Source: Eledone cirrhosa (taxonomy: Eukaryota). Taken from it: a stretch of DNA of 64,000 nt. Where the stretch lies: contig OZ024742.1 in assembly GCA_964016885.1 (NCBI GenBank), forward strand, positions 203,360,001 through 203,424,000, written 5' to 3'. The position numbers and the translations under genes are program-made. This document shows positions 40,438 through 54,722 of the stretch, piece after piece (positions within the stretch are counted from its first letter, which is position 1; each line of letters starts with the position of its first letter). The notes below the pieces were generated by a model. It was not told where the DNA came from and searched no databases. It saw only the letters and a program-made list of their open reading frames with translations.

Positions 40438-40525
40438 TCCTCTTGATAAGTCGGCAGACCTCGCAAGGACTCTATATCTTTGATATATTGTTTTTGTTTA
40501 TGCCACGAAACTACGTAGTCGAGGA
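40438..40525 (+). ncRNA. Type I hammerhead ribozyme, U3:A8 core variant (copy 2)
   Basis: Identical motif; predicted cleavage after 40520. Confidence 0.75.
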
Positions 40526-41027
40526 ATTTATGAACAGTTTAGGTATGATACATTTTATTACTAATTATATCTAAATGTTTCTTCTCTCTTCATAATGTAT
40601 TTTTAACTCTGATACTGGTTCAGTCTAGTTCAACCGGATTGGTCTGTCTCAGTCATTCATTGAGCAACATCGGTGAAGTTGGCACCCTTAACTCACAGTT
40701 GGGTGCGGATGCATTCATGTATATATGTGTGTGTCCGCATGTATCTGTGTGTTTCTAAATATATTAATAACTCCCTCTGGTCGAGCAATCTTTGAAGTGT
40801 GGGGACAACTGGAAAGTTTCCATTACTCATACTTCTCGCCTTCTTCACTACCTCTTCTACGGCCTCGATATGAATACCCCCTCCGCCTCCGTGGTATTTT
40901 CTTCGTGGTTATAAGAGGCTTAGCTCTGTTTCTCGACCGTTATATCGCGTGACTATCTCCCCCTCCGCCTTTTGGGATTCTTTCTCACGTCGTGTAGACG
41001 CGTTCTTGAGACTAGTAAAATGAGGTA

Positions 41028-41115
41028 TCCTCTTGATAAGTCGGCAGACCTCGCAGGGACTCTATATCTTTGATATATTGTTTTTGTTTATGCCACGAAA
41101 CTACGTAGTCGAGGA
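41028..41115 (+). ncRNA. Type I hammerhead ribozyme, U3:A8 core variant (copy 3)
   Basis: Same core; one A>G change in a stem II side hairpin keeps pairing (U-G); predicted cleavage after 41110. Confidence 0.75.
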
Positions 41116-41178
41116 ATTTAGGAACAGTTTAGGTATGATACATTTTATTACTAATTATATCTAAATGTTTCTTCTCTC

Positions 41179-41631
<453 letters not shown>

Positions 41632-41675
41632 TAAAATTGAAAACTAAAATCCAAAGAGGGCTCGATATTATTTTA

Positions 41676-41831
<156 letters not shown>

Positions 41832-42274
41832 ACACACACACATATATATATGCAGATATATATTTACATATATATAATGTATGTAACGCATACAGATATA
41901 TATATATACACGTGCGTGTGTGCGCGTATAAAAGTGATGCTACATAATATTGGCATTCCTGTTTTAATCAATAAAAGCAATAAAATGATATAAGTATTTG
42001 TTACAACTTAAATATATTTTCCGCCTTTAATTTTCAGTTAAACAGTTAAACTGGTGCTGAATGGTGGCTAATTTTCAAATAGTTACATAATGTAATAACA
42101 GATATAGGTAATTACAGAAGGTAGCCTAACAGTGCTAACTGGTTTGTTTCGTACTTTGTTTTTACCGCTCCATTATACATATATATATATACATATATAC
42201 TTATACATATATATATAAATATATGCATATATATATATATATATAAATATATATAAATATATATAAATATATGC

Positions 42275-42307
<33 letters not shown>

Positions 42308-42374
42308 TATACATATACATCCACATATATATACATATACATCCACATATAAACACATACACATGCACACACAC

Positions 42375-42405
<31 letters not shown>

Positions 42406-42462
42406 ACATACATATATATACATATATATATATGCATATCATATATATATATATATATATAC

Positions 42463-42536
<74 letters not shown>

Positions 42537-42581
42537 GTTTATATATATATATATGAATGTGTGTGTCTGTATCATATTTAG

Positions 42582-42621
<40 letters not shown>

Positions 42622-42882
42622 TACACATATATGTATGAATGTAGGTGTGTATCACTTTTAGTGTTTATTCAAATAAAATATTACGGTAATTATCGATATT
42701 AGTGATTAGGATGTTGGTTTCTAATTAAGGCACAATTCACAACAAGTTCTGTCAGACACTGTCCCCCATTTGAACATGCCTACCTCCTCTTTGAAAGAGT
42801 TTCATTTCAATAAATTTCGATTGAAAAATTTTTTTTTTGAAATTGCACCCTTGTTGTATTGGCTTATACCCATCTCTCTCCT

Positions 42883-42919
<37 letters not shown>

Positions 42920-43068
42920 ATCTCTCTCTCTCTCTCTGAGGGTGTCATCTCTTCCTCATAGACACATCTTCCCAATCTCACACACTAATATATGTTTTAA
43001 TTATCAATCTTTCTTATTTGTCTGAAAAGTTCAGCTGATGAAAACAAATAAACGAAACTATTTGATGT

Positions 43069-43176
<108 letters not shown>

Positions 43177-43896
43177 ATGTATGTATGTATGTATGTATGT
43201 ATGTATGTGTGTGTATGTATGTGTGTATATGTATGTGTGTATATATGTATGGGTGTGTGTTTGTGTTGTTTAGCCCTAGGTTTAGCTATCTCTGGTTGAA
43301 CAGATATATCAGTTTAAATATGACTAAATTATCAATAGTCAGAGGGTGGCAAATTGGCAAGGTTGTTAGAACGTGTTAGAACGTCGGATAGAATGCTTTG
43401 CATTATTCTCTCCGGTTCCCTACGCTCTTATTTCAAATTCTGTGTAGGTCAACTTTGCCTTTCATGCTTCCGAAGTAGATACCAAAATTATCAGTTCAAT
43501 ACAGGGAAAGATTCTTCCTCAATATCTCATTTCTGACTTCTCTTTCACTTTCTTCTCTTATTCCGGAAGAAATTGTGCGTATTCAGATCTGGAGAGGGGG
43601 TATGGCCTCCGCCAAGTTTAAACAAAATGTCCAAGAAACGCTGTATATCACTACAGCGCATCTATGACTCTACCAGGAGTAACGCATTCATGCATACACA
43701 ATAATTGGGTTCATTGGCTCGGTGCGGCACTAGATGGCACTGCCTCATAATTTTCAATAATTTATACTTAGATTTATTCCGAAACGCCTTCTTAGAATTA
43801 TTGCAAATTAAAATACCCACTCGGAATGTTCTGAAGCCTCACCATGCATCAAATTCTGGTGACAGACCTTGGTCTGCCCTTTTTATTTATAATATA

Positions 43897-44500
43897 TTGT
43901 GATTTGAGATATTGGTATTGTTTAGCGCTAGTTTAACTCACCTCTGATCTGGTTGAACAGACTTAGAGTGATCTAGTTGAACAAACTTATAATGAATATA
44001 TATATGTACAATAAATTGTGATTTGAGATATTGGTGTTGTTTAGTCCTAGTTTAACTCACCTCTGATCTGGTTGAACAGATTTCTAGTGAATTTATTTAC
44101 AATGAATTGTGATTTAAGATATTGGTTTTTTATAGGCCTAGTTCAGCTCAACTCTGATCTGGTTGAACAAACTTATAGTGAATATATGTACAATAAATTG
44201 TGATTTGTGATATTGGTGTTGTTTAATCTTAGTTTAACTCACCTCTGATCTAGTTGAACAGACTTATAGTGAATTTATTTACAATAAATTGTGATCTGAG
44301 ATATTGCTGTTGCTTAATCCTAGGTCAGCTCAGCTCTGATCTAGTCGAAAGGACCTTTAATGTATTCAGAACTAAATTGTCAAAAGCACTCGTGTCCCAA
44401 AAGTAGAAACAATTATTTACAATAAATCATAATTTAAGCCATTGGAATTGTTTTGCCAAAGGTCAGCTCATCTATGATCATTTCGAACATACATTTACTG
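43897..44500 (+). repeat. Minisatellite, ~90-120-bp unit, about 6 copies
   Basis: TTGTGATTTGAGATATTGGTGTTGTTTAG..CTAGTTTAACTCACCTCTGATCTGGTTGAACAGA is repeated; related single copies at ~29205, 43265 and 45475. Confidence 0.8.
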
Positions 44501-45857
44501 TATTTACGATTATATTATCAATTGTTGCTATTTTATTTACAATAAATCTTCATTTGAGGATGATCTGGCTACTATTTTAACACATTTAATAACCGTAAAA
44601 TTTAACGACTTATCAGTCTTAAGAACGTAAGAAACAATGCAATGCGTTATTCGTTGCGGCTCTCTGAGCTCTGAGTTCAAATCCCGCCAAGGTCAACTTT
44701 ACCTTTCATCCTTTCGAGATCGGTCGATAAAAAATACCAGTCTAGTAACGGGGTAGATTCTTCGTCTCTCTCTCTCTCTTTCTCTTTCTTTCTTTCTCTC
44801 CCCCGTCTCTCCTTCTCTGGGAGGTGTCGGGTGTGATTGGACTGGTTGTGGGATGCGCTCCATTAGGTTTTAAATGCCCAAGAAACATTGTATGCCACTA
44901 CGGTGTCCCTACGACACCATCAAGAGTTTCAGGTGCATACAGACATTACGGCCGCATAGCGAACCCCTCATTAACGCGATTAAAATTCTGCTTCATGAAA
45001 ATAAGCGAAAACAAAATTAATGATAAAAGTAAAAAACCTATTAATAAAAAGGATTTCACTTTGGTCAAAAATTCTTTTTGGTAGCTTTTTTTTTTTTTTT
45101 AGAGGGGTGCTGAAAGTTGTGTAGGCTATTTTTATTTTTTTAATTTAGTGGTTTTTTGTTAGTTTTAGTTGTTTATTGTTATTGTTATTAATGCTGGAGT
45201 GTTGTTGTTGTTGTTACTTTGAGAGTTGTTGTTGCTATTGGTACTGAGGTTCTCGTTATTACTACTGTAGTTGATGCTGCTACTGTTGATGGGTAGTGGA
45301 GATGGTATGCTGTAGTTATTACAAGTGAAAATTCATTAAATTTTTCAAATATTTCCATCTTTCAAAGTTAATATTATTTCCAGTCTGACAAAAATTACAA
45401 TAATTTTTACATAAATTTCGACAGTTCTTAATGGTGAACTATATTAATGTTTCTATCTTTCGATTTGTTGTTCTTGTTTAGCCTCATGTCAGTCCCGATC
45501 CTTCACACATATGAACAAATCCATTCCTATCGCAGTCGTGTTCAGCATGTCTATATATTTTTCCATAAACACCGTTGCATGCTGTGTATTTGTTCGTCTT
45601 TATTTAATGTTATGAAGTAAGCAGCTAAGATATGATTAAATTCAAGGAAGGATATTTTGTGGGAGACAAATCATTAGATTTATTGACATATTTCAGAATG
45701 ACACTCGATTGATGAGTGTAGCAGAAAGAGGATCAGTGGAGGTGATGAGTGACGGTGGAACAATATACCGTGCATAAATTGATTTCCTTGGTTCGATTGG
45801 AAGATTGGCTGAGGTGAGAGAAAGATAAGAGATTACCATAATACAATAATGTGGCCT

Positions 45858-46020
45858 TCAATCATGGGCAAATTGTGACCCGTGGGCAACATACATCCTG
45901 TTTGGCTTTCTGAATGACATGCCGAATTAAAAATTATTTTTTTTTAGCAATGCACTTTGCCTAATGATGAGCCATATATCATGCAACCCACTGCTCGATA
46001 AAGATTGCTGATGACTGCCT
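45858..46020. mobile_element. Decayed hAT(Charlie)-like MITE
   Basis: CAATCATGGGCAAATTGTGACCCGTGGGC ... AAGATTGCTGATGACTG ends are weakly inverted. Confidence 0.35.
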
Positions 46021-46037
46021 TAGATGTGATTGTTTAT

Positions 46038-46259
46038 CCCTTTAGCATTTACATTACTCTACATTTACTATTGTATTTTCACGGTAAAGAATTTATCTCA
46101 CATAATTATCTCAAATAATATCGAATCTACGAGATTTTGATATTATCTATTTTGAGAATAATACATTAACATAAGTATGAGCAGCTGGTTATGGCCTGTT
46201 TGAACAGAAAGAGGTGAGACAAATTCTGGTCGGATATAGCCGGTTTAAATGCTAATGGG
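46038..46259. mobile_element. piggyBac-type MITE
   Basis: TIR CCCTTTAGCATTTA/TAAATGCTAATGGG, flanked by TTAT on both sides; homologous to 56024-56238. Confidence 0.7.
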
Positions 46260-47859
46260 TTATAGTAGGTATAGCCTATATCATTGGTGTAGACATTGTC
46301 GTTGGAGTTTTAATTTTACCCGTTAGATGTCTACCTCTTTCGTTAGACATGTTAACCACATGTGACAGTTGCTTCTGATTAGGTCCTCTGAACGGAGAAC
46401 CTGCTGATTCTACATCAGCGATACTTTCAAGAAGAAGAACATGATGATGATCGTGATGATTATGATGATATATTCATTATAAGTGGTGAATTGACAGAAT
46501 AATTAGAGTGTCGCATTATAAATATCTCGTTATTTGTTCCGGCTCACTGCGCTCTGAATTCAGATCCATGGTCGTTAAATAAAGTACCACTCCATTATTG
46601 GGGTTGATTCTTCCTCTATCCCTCTTTCACTCGCACGCCCTCCTTCTCCGGAAAAAAGCTGACTGTTTAGACCAGGATGGAGATGAACTCCGCCAGGTTT
46701 AGATATCCAAGTCATGTCGTATGTCAACATGGCGCCACTATGGGATTATTAGGAATTAAGGATTCTTTCTTTCTTTATTTTTTTTATTGTGTATGGTGTA
46801 TGTTGGTTGTGTATTCAAATTACTACTTTGCTAAATATGATTCGTGGAATGTCTACCTACACAATTGGCCCTGATTACTGTAAAAAAAGAACCAATATAC
46901 AGTAATATCACATCCCCCAGAAGATGAAATATGAAGGTATAGAAACATTGAAGATAAATTTAGGAGCCTTACTTTTTCAAACGAAGAAGGAACGATAAAC
47001 ACTTTAATTTAGAACACAGTCATGTATCGAATATAACGTGTATGTATGTATGTATGTATGTATGTATGTATGTATGTATGTATGTATGTATGTATGTATT
47101 ATGTATGCATGTATGTATGTATGTACACAGCACTACCGGATGGTTAATAGTTTTGGTACGTATTCATAAGGTCTATAACAAGTGACATTGGTTTTATCCT
47201 GACTTCGCCCCTCAACTTGTAAATGAATCAGAATAGAGGAAAGTATTTATAATTCAAAGGCCAGCTTTGTCGCTCTGTGTGACATGCCAAATGTCCTTAA
47301 TGATGCAGGTATTTGTGGAATGTCCAACCATTTGCACGTTAATTTCATTGTCTAAACTGACAGATTCATCCCATATAATCAAGAACTAATGCAAGAGACA
47401 AAATGAACAATAAAAACTCGAAGCAAACCGAGAAACCGAGAATTCCCACACATCAGTGTTCATCTGGATGAGGTAGTTTGGGAGGTTAAGACTGTACCAC
47501 TCTTCCTAGGACAAGAATAGCTCCACAAAAGAGAGGGTTATTTGGAATAAAAATGCAACTATATCTGACAAAACAAATACGAGATAAGACAATAAAAAGA
47601 TATATATATGTACATGTTCGTGTGCATTTTTGTATATATCTAACTAAATTCAATGGAGTGGATACTTGATTTTGCATTTGTTTTTATGCACATAGGTTTT
47701 TTCTTGTGTATGCTTCTATATCAGTGTATATATATATAATTTCCTAAGTTTTTGTTAATGCATATATATTGGAGTGTATTTTTATGTATGTTCCTAATTA
47801 TACATTAACGCGTATATATCGTTCTAAATGTATATATATATAAGTGTGTGTGCGTGTGT

Positions 47860-47966
<107 letters not shown>

Positions 47967-48121
47967 TGTGTGCGTGAGTGCGTGCGTGTTCTTAATGTGT
48001 TTGTAGTTAAATATTTCACTGCGAATGAAACTGTTGCATAGCGTAATAAATCGCAAAATAAATTATTTTGCCATTATATACATATATATATATATGTGTG
48101 TATGTACATATATACTGTATA

Positions 48122-48197
<76 letters not shown>

Positions 48198-48383
48198 TAT
48201 ACAGTATATGCATATATGTATATATGTATATATATACATATATATAGATATATACATAAATACATACATACACAACTCCCATTACTCATGCCAGAATGCT
48301 TAGCCAGAATATTCATTAACATTTGAATAAAAATTCTGTTTCTCTCTTCAATAAAATGGCGAAATAAAAAAAATGCAATTATC

Positions 48384-48434
<51 letters not shown>

Positions 48435-48572
48435 TTTTCTTTATTAACCACAAGGGTTTACATAAAGTAGACATTAATGACAGTACAGGACAATACAGGA
48501 CGGTACAAATGGGCATTTCTGCGTGTAAAAAAAAACGGAGGTTGAAATAAAATAACAAAGAAAAAAAAAAAA

Positions 48573-48617
<45 letters not shown>

Positions 48618-48619
<2 letters not shown>

Positions 48620-49140
48620 GTAAACAATTTACCACATTCTGAGAAATGGTATGAGCATAGGCCGGAGGCGGTGATGGAGAACAATCAGGTGAAGGTGCTG
48701 TGGGATTTTAGGATACAGACGGACAAAAAACTGGAACACAATAGACCTGACCTGGTGGTTGTGGACAAAGAAAAAAGATCGTGTCTGATTGTGGATGTGG
48801 CCTGCCCGTTCGACACGAGAGTGCAAGAGAAGGAGAGGGAGAAAATTAACCGATACCAGGACCTAAAGTGGGAGGTGAAAAGGATTTGGAACTGCCATGA
48901 AGTCAAAGTGATCCCGATTGTCATAGGCGCACTGGGGACTATCTCCAAAAGTTTCCAGGGATGGTTAAAGAAAATCGGCCCCTTCACGCTTTTTGGAACG
49001 CTTCAAAAGGCATGCTTGCTTGGAACAGCAAGAACCCTCCGATACGTCCTGAATATCTGAGGCTGCAGGTAGTGGCTTGATATTCATTCCAACGGACTTT
49101 CCAGTTAACCAACATCAATGACTGAGATTCAAGGAATAAC
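48618..49140 (+). mobile_element. R4/Dong-type LINE, 5'-truncated copy (RLE domain and 3' UTR)
   Basis: ORF 48671-49060 KVLWDFRIQTD..RPDLVV..IVDVACP..KINRYQDL..PIVIGALG; embedded in (TAA)n. Confidence 0.9.
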
Positions 49141-49164
49141 AACAATAATAATAATAATCATAAT

Positions 49165-52100
49165 TTTTTTTTTTTTTTTTTACCTATTTGTTTGTTTGTT
49201 TATTTATGTTCGTCTACAGCGTGATAGTGCCACACAAAAATCACCGGGATTGATGAAATCACCGGTGGTTATGTAACCATACATTCACCAATCCTCGATA
49301 AGAGTGTTTAAATGTCGAACCTAAACAGTTCGAATAACGGTGGAATGGAGACTAGAATGTCATGTGACAGACTCTCACCCAACAGGTGCTCCCTGGCTCA
49401 GCAGCAGGGACCTGGCTGTCAACCAAATACTGCTGGTGTCGGAGGAAGAAGAAGAAGGAAAGGGACCAGAACCAACTGGACGAAAGAATTGAATAGAATT
49501 GTTATGCAATGTTACCTGAAGAGTAACCCCAAGGAGAAAGGCTATAGGAAACGGATGCATAAAATCTGGAACGAGATTGGTCTATTTAAATTAGATGAAC
49601 AAAAATTGGCCGGGGAGGCTCGGGTAATAAGAACTAATGGGTCGATAAGCGAGCTGGAACTGGAGGAACTGAGCAGAGAGATTAGGTTGGAAATGGAGAG
49701 TGGAGTATGCCAGGCAAACGAGGCAGTGGGAAATGAAGGTGAAGAGGTTGAGAGAACGGAGGAACCATCCGAAGCAGACAATGATCTGAATGCTGAAATA
49801 AATAATACCTGGAACAAAGATACGGCCATTGAGGAGATGAATGCTGACGGGCTAGCACAAGATTTGGTTGATATCCTAAACTTAGTGGTAGATGAATTGA
49901 ACAATGATAGTGGGAAACCTATGAACCTAAGATTTGTAGACAGGAAAAAGTTAAAAGAAACAACAGCTAAGGTAAACAAAGTCATCCCATACCTTGAGGC
50001 GAGGAGCCTTCACCAGTGCAACAATATCCTCAAAGCAACAGCAAATGCGGTGAGAAAATTACTTAGTATAAAAGCGAGAGGAAACAACAAACAAGAAAGA
50101 TCAGAGCCTTGGTGGAAGAAACGACTGAATGGTCAAATCAGGGAAATGAGAAATGACATTGGAAAGCTTGAGTCCCTACTGAATGGGACACTAAAAAACT
50201 TAGACACTAAAATTAGACTGGAAATAAAGTACAAAACTAGGAGGAAAAAGCTAAATATTATCATAGAGGAACTGAAGCAACGCATTGTAGCAAAGAGTGC
50301 AAAAATTAGGCGATACGAGAGCAGAGTCAGTCAGTATAGTCAGAACCGCATGTTTGACAACAACCAGAAGATGCTGTTTGTACAGCTTGAAGGGAAAGAA
50401 AGAGGCAACGACTTGATCCCTGAGGCGGAACAAACTAAGACCTTCTGGAGAGGAATATGGGAGCAGGATGTTAAACATAATGACCAGGCAGTGTGGATTG
50501 AGACAGTACAAAAGGAGATTAGTGAACAGGCACACCAACAAACTGATTTGAGTATCACAGTTGAAACTCTTAAGGGGCAGGCCAAAAAACTAACCAACTG
50601 GAAATCACCAGGCCCAGATGGTGTGCAGGGGTATTGGATTAAAAATATAACATCTCTCCACCCGAAACTGACAACCATGTTCAATGACTGCTTGATGTCA
50701 GGTGAGGTAGCAGAGTGGTTGACAAAAGGTACCACAGTTCTGGTAATGAAAGACCGAATCAAGGGTAATGATGTTACCAACTATAGACCTATCACATGTC
50801 TGTCCGTAATGTGGAAACTGTTGACAAGCATTATGTCTGAGGAAATCTACCTACACCTCCACACAAACAACCTGTTACCGGACGAACAGAAAGGATGCCG
50901 AAAGAAGTCCCGTGGTACAAAGGACCAGTTAATTATTGATAAGATGGTAATGAGGAATTGCAAGAGGAGACACGCTGGTATTGCCATGGGATGGATAGAC
51001 TACAAAAAAGCATTTGACATGGTGCCTCATTCTTGGATCACCAAAAGCCTAGAGATCTTCAAGGTGGCAGATAACATCAGACAGTTGTTGGGCAAAAGTA
51101 TGAAGTCCTGGAAAACAGAATTAACATCAGCTGGAGATTCCTTGGGAGGCGTGAAGATCAAGAGAGGTATCTTCCAGGGAGATAGTCTGTTCCCTTTGTT
51201 GTTTGTCCTTGCCCTGATGCCCCTGACCATTATACTGCGAAAAGTGAGAGCAGGATACAAGTTAGGAAAGGGAGAGCTTACCATCAATCACCTCCTCTTC
51301 ATGGACGATCTTAAGCTCTTCGGGAAGAGTGAGAAGGAGTTGGATGTGCTTGTTGACACTGTCCGTATTTTCAGCAATGATATATGTATGCAATTTGGTA
51401 TTAGTATGTGTGGAGTCCTTGTGATGAAGAGGGGTAAATTGAGCAGAAGCAACGGAATCCAGGTATTAACAGGTGAGATGGTAAAGGAAATTGACACTGA
51501 AGAAGGATACAAGTATTTGGGTTTTCTGGAGGCTGATGACATCAAGAACAAAAACATGAAGGAATTGATAAGATCTGAATACATTCGGAGAGTAAGGAGA
51601 ATATTAAAGTCACATCTGAACAGTAGGAATGCCATAAGTGCAGTAAATTCCCGAGCTGTATCTATTATTAGGTACAGTGGGGGAATTCTGAGATGGAATG
51701 TTGCTGAACAAAAAGAAATGGATAGGAAGACTAGGAAGCTATTGACTATCTACAACATGTTCCACAAGAGGAGTGATGTCGATAGACTCTACTTAAGGAG
51801 ATCTGAAGGTGGAAGAAGTCTTATCAGCATAGAGGACTGTGTTCAGATGGAGAAAAACAACCTACACAAATACGTGACTGATAGTAAGGAGCCAATGCTC
51901 AGAATTGTACTGAAGCAGAGGACAATAGACCAGGGGATTCCAAGGCGGAAATAAAAACAAGGAGAAAGAGCAGCCTTCATGAAAAATCCCTTCATAGTAC
52001 CTTCTTTGAGAAAACTGAATTCAGAGATCCACAGACATGGAACTGGTTGAAAAGAGGAGACATTAAAAAGGCTATAGAAGGAATACTAATGGCTGTGCAA

Positions 52101-52809
52101 GAGCAGGCCCTCAAAACGAAGTGGTTGAAACCCCATATTTACGAGGAGGCTAGCCCACTGTGCAGGATCTGTGGAGAGAGAGAGGAGACTGTGGCTCACA
52201 TTGTATCCGAGTGTAAACACCTAGCCCAGACTCACTATAAGGGCTGGAGACATGATGTGATGGGCAGGGTGATCCATGGCACCTATGCAAAGTAAACAAT
52301 TTACCACATTCTGAGAAGTGGTATGAGCATAAGCCAGAATCGGTGATAGAAAACGATCAGGTGAAGGTGCTGTGGGATTTTAGGATACAGACGGACAAGA
52401 AACTGGAACACAATAGACCTGACCTGGTGGTTTTGGACAAGGAAAAAAGATTGTGCCTGATTGTGGATGTGGCCTGCCCATTCGACACAAGAGTGCAAGA
52501 GAAGGAGAGGAAGAAAATTAACCGATACCAGGACTTAAAGTGGGAGGTAAAAAGGATTTGGAACTGCCATGAAGCCAAAGTGGTCCCGATTGTCATAGGC
52601 GCACTTGGTACTATCTCAAAAAGTTTCCAGGGATGGTTAAAGAAAATTGGCCCTGCCACGCTTTTTGGAACGCTTCAAAAGGCATGCTTGCTGGGAACAG
52701 CATAAACCCTCCGATACGTCATGAATATCTGAGGCTGCAGGTAGTGGCTTGATATTCATTTCAACAAACTTTCCAGTTAACTAACATCAATGACTGAGAC
52801 TCAAAGAAC

Positions 52810-52810
<1 letters not shown>
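49165..52810 (+). mobile_element. Near full-length R4/Dong-clade non-LTR retrotransposon in (TAA)n
   Basis: Single-ORF layout: N-terminal domain, RT, CCHC knuckle, RLE; 3' UTR ends in (AAT)n. Confidence 0.92.
49312..52731 (+). pseudogene. RT-RLE polyprotein, disrupted
   Basis: 880-aa open stretch with KSPGPDG, YRPITCL, WIDYKKAFDMV, GIFQGDSL and HLLFMDDLKL; frameshifts near 51950 and 52277; CRICGEREETVAHIVSEC; RPD..DVACP; premature TAA at 52703. Confidence 0.9.
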
Positions 52811-52861
<51 letters not shown>

Positions 52862-52865
<4 letters not shown>

Positions 52866-54295
52866 TTTCATTTATTAGCCACAAGGGCCGACATGTAGGG
52901 GACAATACAAAGACAGGGACAGTGGGGGTTTATAATAAGGTCGAGTAAGTGCACAATGGCAAGACTAATTTAACAATGAAAATATAAAAATATACAATAA
53001 ACTATGCATAAATATAACAAAATAAATTCCCCGATAGGGGGTGGACGACCCTGGGGTGACTCGGGTACCCCACCAATCCTGAACCACCCTGCGCTTCTAG
53101 GGCACCCAGGGAGTGCACCCGTCTCCTCAAGTTAGCTAGCCTATAGGCGCATGGTCAGAGTAGGCCCAATCACACGAGCCATTCTCGCCACATTCACCCA
53201 CCTATTAGCAAATGTACTGGGGGGAAGCACTTCTCTCTCCACTCTCACCTTCCTTTCCAGGTGAAACTTGAAGAAGTTGATGAGGGATTGGCCGAAGAGA
53301 AAAGTGTCTGTCTTCAGTCCTTTTAACCTGGTCCACCATATAACCTCTTTCGCAACTGCCACCAGACAGGAACATTTCCTGCTCTTCCTGACCTAAGGAA
53401 GGCGGTGGATCAATCTTCACTATGGAGTCGGCCGATAGCCGGATTCGTTCCACACGCAACAGTAGCTGTTCGACATAACTCCACAAGTCAGTAATGCACG
53501 GACATTGGACAAGTGCGTGCAGAACGGTTTCGTCGTTCTGTGCGCATCTTGAGCAGGTCCGTCTGACAGCACTTCCGTGCCTGTTGAGTTTATCCCGAAC
53601 CGGTAGTCCCCCCCCCCCCCCCGGTAGCACTGCCAAGCGAGGGATTTCTGGAAATTGTCCATCGTCCCCGGCTCAAAAGTCCTCCGGTACAGACTGGTCA
53701 GTTCGATTCGTCGAGGCCCAAAGCTTCTCCGAGTGCGTCATCGCACTTGCCCACCACTAATCCTCTATAGAACTCGAGAGTGGAAGTTCCACTGATCGCA
53801 TTGCCCGCTTTGTAGAGGGCCGTGAGTGCTTGGCAACATTCCAGGTGCCAGTCACCCAGTCTCGGTCTCTTCTTGACCCAGGACTGCAGCTCAGTCAAAG
53901 AAATGAGCTGCGGAAAGGCCCGTCTAATAAACGGCGACCACACCTGTTCACTGTTGAGGCAGAATATCTGGAGATGTCGCAGCCTCAACGCATGTCTGCG
54001 CATCATTAGCCACGGCATGCCCAGCCCTCTGCGTAGAGGGTGCTGGCAGCAGATGGACCGCCTCACCAACGGAACTTGTCCTCTCCACAAGAATTTGAAG
54101 AGGAGCCGTTCCAACTTGACGAGGCGCGGACGGGGGCAAGGCACGACGGTCAGGCGGTAGCAGATGACGGACGTGATGTACGCATTCGCCACCTCCACCT
54201 CCGCGCGACCTTTCAGTGATAGCTTCCTCCCAGCCCATTTTTGGGTGAGACTGGCTACTCTGCTCGTTACCTCGTCCCAATTCTTTTCCACCTGG
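52862..54295 (-). mobile_element. Tx1/L1-like LINE, 5'-truncated (post-RT region and zinc-binding domain)
   Basis: WAGRKLSLKGRAEV..FKFLW..GLGMP; LPVRDKL..CSRCAQNDETVLHALVQC; AKEVIWWTR; 3' end abuts (ATT)n. Confidence 0.88.
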
Positions 54296-54545
54296 AACTG
54301 CCATGAAGTCAAAGTGGTCCCGATTGTCATAGGCACACTAGGTACTATCTCAAAAAGTTTCCAGGGATGGTGAAAGAAAATTGGCCCCGCCACGCTTTTT
54401 GGAACGCTTCAAAAGGCATGCTTGCTGGGAACAGCAAGAACCCTCCGATACGTCCTGAATATCTGAGGCTGCAGGTAGTGGCTTGATATTCATTTCAACA
54501 AACTTTCCAGTTAAATAATATCAATGACTGAGACTCAAAGAACAA
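54293..54545 (+). mobile_element. R4/Dong 3' fragment
   Basis: Near-identical to 52559-52810. Confidence 0.9.
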
Positions 54546-54633
54546 TCATAAAAATAATAATGCTTTCTTTAATTATTAACCACAAGGGTTTACATAAAGT
54601 AGACATTAAGGACAGTAATAATAATAATAATAA

Positions 54634-54722
<89 letters not shown>

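Larger units (their letters stand above)
39712..41183 (+). mobile_element. 590-bp x 2.5 tandem non-coding element, one hammerhead per unit (retrozyme or tandem pLTR)
   Basis: Units start at 39712, 40302 and 40892; about 5 substitutions between units; (TA)n on both flanks; no coding homology. Confidence 0.85.

Noticed and set aside
43897-44500. CRISPR-like repeat/spacer pattern
   Set aside because: Whole units are homologous with no unique spacers; eukaryotic context and no cas genes.
53698-54393. 231-aa ORF as a novel fusion protein
   Set aside because: Its N-terminus is antisense Dong sequence fortuitously in frame with a Tx1 fragment.
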